Shown here one piece after another: positions 1 to 6,094 of a DNA stretch of 19,052 nt. The position numbers were made by a program, and so were the translations under genes. Position 1 is the first letter of the stretch; every line of letters begins with the position of its first letter. The DNA comes from an uncultured Opitutales bacterium (lineage in GTDB: Bacteria > Verrucomicrobiota > Verrucomicrobiia > Opitutales > Intestinicryptomonadaceae). The DNA is taken from NCBI GenBank assembly GCA_934660865.1, contig CAKUIA010000024.1, positions 1 through 19,052 on the forward strand, given 5' to 3'. The notes beneath the pieces are model-generated. The model saw only the letters and a program-made list of their open reading frames with translations, was not told the DNA's origin and did not search any database.

Positions 1-138
1 TGGAGATTTACGAAAAACAACGGGATAACCGAAGGCTTCCATAGGAAGATGAAACTTATACAACGTCGAGCCTACGGCTATAGAAACTTTGAAAATTACA
101 GACTGAGAGTACTCGTAGAATGCGGGGTAAAACTATGA
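1..138 (+). CDS. ISL3-family (DDE_Tnp_ISL3) transposase, C-terminal 45 codons; 5'-partial at the window edge
   Basis: Frame 1 reads WRFTKNNGITEGFHRKMKLIQRRAYGYRNFENYRLRVLVECGVKL*, stop TGA at 136-138. The NGxxEGxxxKxKxIxRxAYGYRNFxNxxxRxL block is the conserved C-terminal signature of ISL3/IS204/IS1001/IS1165 transposases. Confidence 0.8.
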   Translation, partial: WRFTKNNGITEGFHRKMKLIQRRAYGYRNFENYRLRVLVECGVKL

Positions 139-189
139 AAAACAAATTACATAAAAATCGCTATTCCACAACCTTTGGGGTTGACCCCG
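1..189 (+). mobile_element. ISL3-family insertion sequence, 3' (right) end only; the element continues left of the window
   Basis: Holds the transposase C-terminus (1-138) plus 51 nt of non-coding tail ending ...ATTCCACAACCTTTGGGGTTGACCCCG at 189. Positions 26-189 are the reverse complement of 18889-19052 (156/164 identical by hand alignment, no indels). Similarity stops abruptly at 189/18889, which I take as the IS terminus. Confidence 0.8.
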
Positions 190-210
190 GTTTAGGCGGG
201 TGCGCAAAAC

Positions 211-247
211 AAAAAATGCGTTAAGAAAACTTAACGCATTTTTTTGA
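211..247 (-). terminator. Rho-independent terminator downstream of tRNA-Gly (symmetric, could act in both directions)
   Basis: AAAAAATGCGTTAAG-AAAA-CTTAACGCATTTTTTT: an 11-bp perfect stem (215-225 / 230-240) with a 4-nt loop, flanked by an A-run and a T-run. It starts 3 nt past the tRNA 3' end on the minus strand. Confidence 0.75.
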
Positions 248-250
248 AAG

Positions 251-327
251 TGGAGCGGGCAATGAGTCTCGAACTCACAACCTCGACCTTGGCAAGGTCG
301 CGCTCTAGCCAATTGAGCTATGCCCGC
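251..327 (-). tRNA. tRNA-Gly (anticodon GCC), CCA encoded
   Basis: The minus strand reads GCGGGCA TA GCTC AATTGGCTA GAGC G CGACC TTGCCAA GGTCG AGGTT GTGAG TTCGAGA CTCAT TGCCCGC T CCA. This gives a full cloverleaf with a 7-bp acceptor stem, anticodon loop TT-GCC-AA, TTCGAGA T-loop and discriminator U. Length 77 nt. Confidence 0.93.
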
Positions 328-338
328 AGGTGAAGTAA

Positions 339-378
339 ATTATTCGCCCAATACTGCACATTTATTTTATCGTGTCAA
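339..378 (-). promoter_or_regulatory. Candidate sigma70-type promoter for tRNA-Gly, embedded in the last codons of the upstream CDS
   Basis: The minus strand has a perfect TTGACA (378-373), a 16-nt spacer, then CAGTAT (356-351). An alternative, better -10 (AATAAT, 344-339) has a poor -35. Hexamer matching only. Confidence 0.3.
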
Positions 379-1228
379 GCTCGAAAATGAAATTTTTTCG
401 GAAATTTTCGGGTACGGGGTAAAATCCGTTTTTGTCTATTTCTTTTGCGGTGCTGTCGTTAAGCAATGCCTTTGCAAAAGCCTTAACTTTTTTTGCGTTT
501 TTCGCCTTAAATGCAATGTAAAAGGGCAAATTCATAACATAGTCGTTATTGTGCATGCTTTCGCACGAGGGCAAAACCGAATACAATTTGCCGCCGTCGG
601 CGTTTGTGGCCGAAACGGGGATTGTTTTTGTGCCCTCCATGGGCTTGCCTACAATGGCTATTGTGGAATTGTTGTTTTCGACAAACCTTTTAAGATCGGA
701 TTTATCGTCGATAATGTTTACCCATTCTCCCAAATTGAAGCCCGCAAAAGCCTTGTTTTTGAAAAGTTCTACAACAAGGTTGTCGTGAAGCCCCGTTGTT
801 GCCGCCTGTATGGAGTGCATATTTTTTATGCCGATATTTTGCCATTGGTCGGCCTTTAATTTTGTGCTTTTGCAGAATATGGATTTTAGCTGCTCCATGG
901 AAATCTCCCTGATTGTGTTTACGGGGTTTACAACCACAACCGCGCCCTGGTAGCACAGGGGAATAAGCTTTATGCCTTCAAGAGAGCTTTCGGTGCCGCG
1001 TATTACGGCAACAACGGCCATATCGAGATTGTCGTTCTTTAGCTCTCTAACGGCCGACATAGAGCCGCGCATATCCAACTTTAGCGGTATATTGTCGGTT
1101 TTTGCAACTTCCTGCAGGGGGGCTTGTATGGACGACGCAAGCAGGTCGGAGCCTCCAATGCTTACGCTTTCGGCCGACAGGGTAAGGGTTGCAAAAAGAT
1201 AGAAAAACGCGGTTAAATAAATTCTCAT
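362..1228 (-). CDS. Secreted PstS-family (PBP_like_2) periplasmic substrate-binding domain protein, divergent
   Basis: 288-aa ORF with N-terminal signal peptide MRIYLTAFFYLFATLTLSA/ES. Its layout parallels PstS/PhoT binding proteins: SIGGSDLL..., GAVVVVNPVNTIREISMEQLKSIF...WQNIG, ...IAIVG. The canonical phosphate-binding GGGSGTG segment is replaced by MRGSMSA. No pstCAB genes are nearby. Confidence 0.6.
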   Translation of the reverse strand: MRIYLTAFFYLFATLTLSAESVSIGGSDLLASSIQAPLQEVAKTDNIPLKLDMRGSMSAVRELKNDNLDMAVVAVIRGTESSLEGIKLIPLCYQGAVVVVNPVNTIREISMEQLKSIFCKSTKLKADQWQNIGIKNMHSIQAATTGLHDNLVVELFKNKAFAGFNLGEWVNIIDDKSDLKRFVENNNSTIAIVGKPMEGTKTIPVSATNADGGKLYSVLPSCESMHNNDYVMNLPFYIAFKAKNAKKVKAFAKALLNDSTAKEIDKNGFYPVPENFRKNFIFELDTIK

Positions 1229-1382
1229 ATCTTTGACAATATTCCATACCCGGGCAAAAGTTCAAGTTTTTTATGGCTTTACTGCAATTTGCCAACGGCG
1301 GGTTTTATTGCTTGCAAAATTGTAATTTTTACCCAAATATAGGGAATGTATTTACCTTACAAAGATTGTTAGACAACAGATT

Positions 1383-1835
1383 ATGAACGATAAAACTCTA
1401 GAATTAGTATGCGCGCAATTTGCACAAAAGCGCGAATATCTGGTTCCGGCGCTGCAAACGGTTCAGGAGAAAGACGGCTATATTTCTCCCGAAGCCGTAG
1501 AACGGCTTGCAGTGCATTTCGGAATCACCAAAAGCGACATTTATTCGGTGGCGAGTTTTTACGCCCAATTTAAATTTGTAAAGCCCGGCAAACACGTTGT
1601 TAAGGTTTGCAGGGGCACCGCCTGCCACGTTAAAGGCTCGGCAAACCTGTTGGCGGCAATAGAGCAAAGATTGGGCATAAAAGAGGGCGAAACAACCCCC
1701 GACGGCCTTGTTTCGATAGAGCGCGTTGCGTGCTTGGGCGCCTGCGCGCTGGCCCCCGCCATTGTTATAGACAACCAGGTTTACGCAAGGGTAAGCTTGC
1801 CACAACTTGAAAAGCTTTTGGGAGAGTTGAAGTAA
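1383..1835 (+). CDS. nuoE: NuoE/HydC/HndA-type thioredoxin-like [2Fe-2S] subunit (24-kDa family)
   Basis: 150 aa with the family's four-Cys pattern, VCRGTACHVKG ... VACLGACALAPAIVID. Its stop overlaps the next start (TAATG at 1833-1837). Confidence 0.85.
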   Translation: MNDKTLELVCAQFAQKREYLVPALQTVQEKDGYISPEAVERLAVHFGITKSDIYSVASFYAQFKFVKPGKHVVKVCRGTACHVKGSANLLAAIEQRLGIKEGETTPDGLVSIERVACLGACALAPAIVIDNQVYARVSLPQLEKLLGELK

Positions 1836-3688
1836 TGAAAGTTTTAAGCGATAAGATTATTGCCGAAAGCAAAAAGGCATGGGAGGATTTTTCGTCTCCC
1901 AAAAAGGCGAGGGTTATGGTGGGCGCCGCAACCTGCGGAAGAGCCGCCGGCGCGCTCGACATTATTGCGGAATTTAAAAAGCAGCTGCAAAAGGCGGGCA
2001 TTGCCGACAAGGTAGAGCTTGTGGAAACGGGCTGCATAGGCCTTTGCTATGCCGAGCCTTTAGTTGAGGTTCGCGCCGAAAATGCCGACCCAATTTTATA
2101 CGGCAAAGTTGCCGTTGCCGATGTCGAAAAGCTTGTTTTCGGGCACCTGCAAAAGGGCGAAATTTTAAAGGGCAAGGCCTTGGCCGTTATGGGCGAAAAC
2201 GCCGTAGACGGCATAGTTCCCTTTAAAGAGCACGAAATGATAAAGCTGCAAAAGCGCTTTGTACTTAGAAACACCGGGCTTATAAACCCCGAATCTTTCG
2301 AGCACTATGTGGCGCGCGGCGGGTATAGTGGGCTGCAAAACGCACTGAATTTAACCCCCGAAGACCTTATCGAGCAGATGAAAAAAAGCGGTTTGCGCGG
2401 CCGCGGCGGCGCGGGCTTTTTAACGGGGCTAAAATGGAGCTTTGCGGCGGCTTCGAAAGCCGACGAAAAATATATTATATGCAACGCCGACGAGGGCGAC
2501 CCCGGGGCCTTTATGGACAGATCCGTTTTAGAGGGCGACCCGCACTCGGTAATAGAGGGCCTTATGATAGGCGCGTATGCGATAGGCTCGCATTGCGGCT
2601 ACATATATGTGCGTTCGGAGTACCCTCTGGCGATTGAGCGCCTGCAAATTGCAATAGCCCAAGCCGAAGAGGCGGGCATTTTAAAGAATAAAGACGGCTA
2701 CTATTTTGAAGTTAGGATAAAAAAGGGCGCCGGTGCCTTCGTTTGCGGCGAAGAAACTTCGCTTATGGGCTCCATAGAGGGCGTTAGGGCAATGCCCAGG
2801 CCTAAGCCGCCTTTCCCCGCAAACAGGGGATTGTTCGGCAAGCCCACAAACATAAACAATGTCGAAACACTGGCTGCGGTATCGTCGATAATGCGCGAGG
2901 GCGCCGACTATTACGCCTCTCTTGGCACCGAAAAAAGCAAGGGCACAAAAACCTTTTCGCTTGCGGGCAAAATAGCCAGAACGGGCCTGATAGAAGTTGA
3001 AATGGGCATAAAGCTTGGCGACATTATCAACAAAATAGGAGGGGGCTGCGCCGACGGCAAAAAGTTTAAGGCCGTGCAAACCGGCGGGCCTTCGGGCGGC
3101 TGTCTTGTTCCCGAGCATTTGGATATTTCGGTAGACTACGAAAGCTTGGGAGCGGTCGGCTCCATTATGGGGTCGGGCGGCATGGTTGTAATGAACGAAG
3201 ACTCGTGCATGGTTGAGGTTGCAAAGTTCTTCCTTTCGTTTACCGAAAACGAGTCGTGCGGCAAGTGCGTTCCGTGCAGAATGGGCACGCAGCATGCCTT
3301 GAGGATTCTCGAAAAGATAACTTCGGGCGAAGCTACCATGGAGGATTTGGATACGCTCGAGAAAATCGCATTTACAATGAAACAGTCGTCGTTATGCGGC
3401 CTGGGGCAAACGGCTCCAAACCCGATTTTAACTACGCTAAGGTATTTTAAGGACGAGTACATCGCCCATATTAGAGACAAAAAATGCCCCGCAAAAGCGT
3501 GCAGAAAACTTGTGCACTTTAAGATTAATCCCGAAAAGTGCAAGAGCTGCTCGATGTGCTCGAGAGCCTGCCCGACGGGCGCAGCCCACGGCGAAAGGGG
3601 CAAGCCCTATTGCATAGACTCGGCAAAATGTATATCGTGTTCGGCATGCTATCAGGCGTGCAAATTCTCGGCGGTGGAAAGGTACTAA
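1835..3688 (+). CDS. nuoF: NuoF/HydB/HndC-type NAD(H)- and FMN-binding Fe-S subunit (51-kDa family) with extra N- and C-terminal Fe-S domains
   Basis: 617 aa. Motifs: GRGGAGFLTGLKW (FMN site), ICNADEGDPGAF (NADH site), ESCGKCVPCRMG (N3-type 4Fe-4S). The C-terminal 2x[4Fe-4S] ferredoxin has CKSCSMCSRACP and CISCSACYQACK. The N-terminal thioredoxin-like domain shows only three Cys (C34, C67, C71). Confidence 0.9.
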   Translation: MKVLSDKIIAESKKAWEDFSSPKKARVMVGAATCGRAAGALDIIAEFKKQLQKAGIADKVELVETGCIGLCYAEPLVEVRAENADPILYGKVAVADVEKLVFGHLQKGEILKGKALAVMGENAVDGIVPFKEHEMIKLQKRFVLRNTGLINPESFEHYVARGGYSGLQNALNLTPEDLIEQMKKSGLRGRGGAGFLTGLKWSFAAASKADEKYIICNADEGDPGAFMDRSVLEGDPHSVIEGLMIGAYAIGSHCGYIYVRSEYPLAIERLQIAIAQAEEAGILKNKDGYYFEVRIKKGAGAFVCGEETSLMGSIEGVRAMPRPKPPFPANRGLFGKPTNINNVETLAAVSSIMREGADYYASLGTEKSKGTKTFSLAGKIARTGLIEVEMGIKLGDIINKIGGGCADGKKFKAVQTGGPSGGCLVPEHLDISVDYESLGAVGSIMGSGGMVVMNEDSCMVEVAKFFLSFTENESCGKCVPCRMGTQHALRILEKITSGEATMEDLDTLEKIAFTMKQSSLCGLGQTAPNPILTTLRYFKDEYIAHIRDKKCPAKACRKLVHFKINPEKCKSCSMCSRACPTGAAHGERGKPYCIDSAKCISCSACYQACKFSAVERY

Positions 3689-3694
3689 TATATT

Positions 3695-6076
3695 ATGGCA
3701 AAATTTAATTTGACTATCGACGGCGTTATTGTTGAGGCCCAAACGGGCATGACCGTTTTGCAGGCGGCCAGAAACGCGGGCTTGTTCATTCCCTCGCTTT
3801 GCGCGCACGAAGAGCTTGAACCCTACGGGGCCTGCAGGCTTTGCGTTGTGGAAATAGAAAAGATGAGGGGAACTCCCACGGCATGCACAACTCCGGCCGC
3901 CGAGGGAATGGTTGTAAGGACAAACACCGAGCAGCTGCAAAAACAGCGCCAAAGAACGCTTGAGCTTTTGATGAGTGCGCACCCGTCGCCGTGTTTTTCG
4001 TGCGATTCGCGTTTGGACTGCGAAAGCGTAAAGAAAACCCCCACAAAGTCGGGCGTGTCCACAAGGTGCGGCGCGTGCTCGAACCGCCCTGTTTGCGGGC
4101 TAAGGGGCATAGCAATGGGCTCGTTTACAAGGGAAATGAATTTGCCCGTAAGCTACGACATTTCGAAAATCGACAAGCGCGACCCGTTTATAGACCGCGA
4201 CTACAACCTTTGCGTATTGTGCGGCATTTGCGTTAGAACGTGCGCAAAAATGCACAACGGCAAACCCGCAATTTCGATTTCAAGCCGCGGCAAGTTTGCA
4301 AAGGTAACAAGCGCATTCGACAACCCGTGGAGCAACGAGGAATGTGTGTTCTGCGGAGCCTGCGTAGACGAGTGCCCCACCGGTTCGCTTACCGACAGGT
4401 GGTCGAAGTGGTACGGAGCCGCCGAAAGCGAGTGCATTGGCAACTGCGAATTTTGCGGCAAAAAGTGCGAGCTTAAATTGAAGATTAAAGAGGGGCGCTT
4501 AATGGGCACTTCGGCAAAGGCCTTAAAGCCCGAAAACGCATTGTGCGTAAACGGCAAGTTTGTATATCCGCAGGTTGTAAACGCAAAGCACAGGCTTGGC
4601 CTTAGCTCGGTTTTGCGCGGGCGCGACCTTGTTCCCGCCGAAGAATTGGAACTTGTAGAATATGTTGTCGAAATTCTTAAAAACTCGCAAAACAAGCTTT
4701 TGATTTTGGCAAGCTCCATTGTTTGCGACAATGTAAAGTCGCTGCTTAAAGGCTTGGCCGAATTTAAAGGCGGGCATGTCGAATTTATAGAGTCGGGCTC
4801 GAAAGAACTGCCAAACGAGCTTGCCGAACGCATTAAAAACGGCGAGTTTAAAGACGTATTTTCGGTCGGCGACTATATCCCCGAAAATTTGGCCGACAGC
4901 TTCGAAAACATCTTTGTTGCCGACTTCCTTTCCGCCAAAATACAGAAAAAGGCAAAGGCGGTTATTGCCGCACGCGTGCTAGACGAGCGCAACGGCAAAA
5001 TAAGGCCCTTCGGCAAATCGCTTAATTTCGAGGTTGTGCTAAGCTGCATTTGCTCGTCGTTGGGCGTAAAGGGCGCCATTATCGAGAAGAAAGCGCCTCC
5101 CGCCCACAGCAGGCCCTATTCGCACGGCATTTTGCCGAGATACTTCTTCGGGCACAGCCTTGTGGAATTGGTGCCCGACTTGGAGCTTTTGGGCTTCGAA
5201 AAAGCCCCCGAAAAGGAGGACAATGTCGACAAATTCAACGCATGCCAAGTGCTTGAAAACGTTATGCTTGCCCCCAATTTCCATGCGCTAAAGATAAAGG
5301 CGCCCGAAATTGCAAAATACGCAAAGGCGGGGCAGTTTGCGGTATTGCTGGCAAACAGGCACAGCGAGCGCTCGCCCTTTACAATTATAGACTGGAACGC
5401 CCAAGAAGGGTGGATAAGGTTTATAATAGAGGAAGTCGGCCGTTCCAGCGCGGAATTGGGCGCAAAGAAGGCGGGCGACTATATTGCGCACGTAAGCGGT
5501 CCTTTGGGAACTCCCATAGACTTAAGCGAAGTAAAAAGCACCGATTCGGTTCTGCTTAGCGGCGGCTGCTACGGAATAGGGGCGGTATATCCCATAGCAA
5601 GAGAGCTTAAAAAATTGGGCGCAAAAGTTGCGGTTTCAATCGAGGCTTCAAGCTCGTACCTTCTTTATTTCGAAAACGAACTAAAATCGGTTTGCGACGA
5701 GCTTATAGTCTCTACCCGAGACGGCACAAAAGGCCTTAAGGGCGGCTGTGCCGATGTCATGAAATCGCGCAAAGACCGGTTCGATATGTTTGTTTCGATA
5801 GGCTGCGTGTTTATGATGAAACAGGCTTCGAAAGTTGCCGCCGAAATACAAAAGAAAACCCTGTGCGCGCTAAACCCGATTATGGTAGACGGCACGGGTA
5901 TGTGCGGAGCCTGCCGCGTAAGCGTGGGCGGCGAGGTAAAGTTTGCCTGTGTAGACGGGCCTTTCTTCGACCTAAAGGGCGTAGATTTCGACGAGCTTGC
6001 AAAGCGCAGAAGCGCGTATACGCTGCTGGAAGTAGACGCAATGCCGCGCCACCACAACGGAAAGTGCCACCAATAA
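3695..6076 (+). CDS. Fusion protein: NuoG/HydA-like N-terminal Fe-S module + Molybdop_Fe4S4-type domain with a truncated downstream domain + NfnA/SudB/PyrK-like FAD/NAD(P)-binding [2Fe-2S] module
   Basis: 793 aa. Plant-type 2Fe-2S: C36, C47, C50, C64. His-ligated cluster: H96-x3-C100-x2-C103-x5-C109. Two ferredoxin motifs: C173-x2-C-x2-C-x3-C and C217-x2-C-x2-C-x3-CP. Molybdop_Fe4S4-type pattern C251-x2-C254-x3-C258...C284 (LCVNGKF). About 230 aa with no recognisable cofactor motifs. From about aa 514 an NfnA-like module: LAPNFHALKIKAPEIAKYAKAGQFAVL, RSPFTI (FAD), LLSGGCYGIGA (NAD(P)), and C-terminal MVDGTGMCGACRV...FACVDGPFF (2Fe-2S). Confidence 0.8.
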   Translation: MAKFNLTIDGVIVEAQTGMTVLQAARNAGLFIPSLCAHEELEPYGACRLCVVEIEKMRGTPTACTTPAAEGMVVRTNTEQLQKQRQRTLELLMSAHPSPCFSCDSRLDCESVKKTPTKSGVSTRCGACSNRPVCGLRGIAMGSFTREMNLPVSYDISKIDKRDPFIDRDYNLCVLCGICVRTCAKMHNGKPAISISSRGKFAKVTSAFDNPWSNEECVFCGACVDECPTGSLTDRWSKWYGAAESECIGNCEFCGKKCELKLKIKEGRLMGTSAKALKPENALCVNGKFVYPQVVNAKHRLGLSSVLRGRDLVPAEELELVEYVVEILKNSQNKLLILASSIVCDNVKSLLKGLAEFKGGHVEFIESGSKELPNELAERIKNGEFKDVFSVGDYIPENLADSFENIFVADFLSAKIQKKAKAVIAARVLDERNGKIRPFGKSLNFEVVLSCICSSLGVKGAIIEKKAPPAHSRPYSHGILPRYFFGHSLVELVPDLELLGFEKAPEKEDNVDKFNACQVLENVMLAPNFHALKIKAPEIAKYAKAGQFAVLLANRHSERSPFTIIDWNAQEGWIRFIIEEVGRSSAELGAKKAGDYIAHVSGPLGTPIDLSEVKSTDSVLLSGGCYGIGAVYPIARELKKLGAKVAVSIEASSSYLLYFENELKSVCDELIVSTRDGTKGLKGGCADVMKSRKDRFDMFVSIGCVFMMKQASKVAAEIQKKTLCALNPIMVDGTGMCGACRVSVGGEVKFACVDGPFFDLKGVDFDELAKRRSAYTLLEVDAMPRHHNGKCHQ

Positions 6077-6094
6077 ACTTAAACGGAAAAGCAA

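Noticed and set aside
320-859. 179-aa + strand ORF, and similar long ORFs opposite validated genes (for example 2681-3295 -, 3437-3982 -, 4201-4833 -, 5972-6751 -, 11636-12178 -, 12207-12827 -, 12698-13504 +, 13854-14312 +, 17058-17777 +, 17437-17991 -)
   Set aside because: All lie antisense or out of frame within genes that have strong family motifs. Their translations are low-complexity (Arg/Cys/Phe/Lys-rich) with no recognisable domains. These are typical shadow ORFs.
1229-1382. Specific promoter or operator calls in the divergent region between the PstS-like gene and nuoE
   Set aside because: The only match is a weak hexamer, TTGCAA-17-AAATAT around 1312-1340, with no convincing palindromic operator. 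The support is too weak to list as a feature.
3695-6076. [FeFe]-hydrogenase or formate dehydrogenase catalytic subunit, as expected next to NuoE/NuoF-like genes
   Set aside because: There are no H-cluster signatures (TSCCP, MPCxxK, ExMACxxGC). The segment after the Molybdop_Fe4S4-type motif is far too short for a Mo/W-bisPGD domain and shows no active-site Cys/Sec-His context. The C-terminus is clearly NfnA-like instead.
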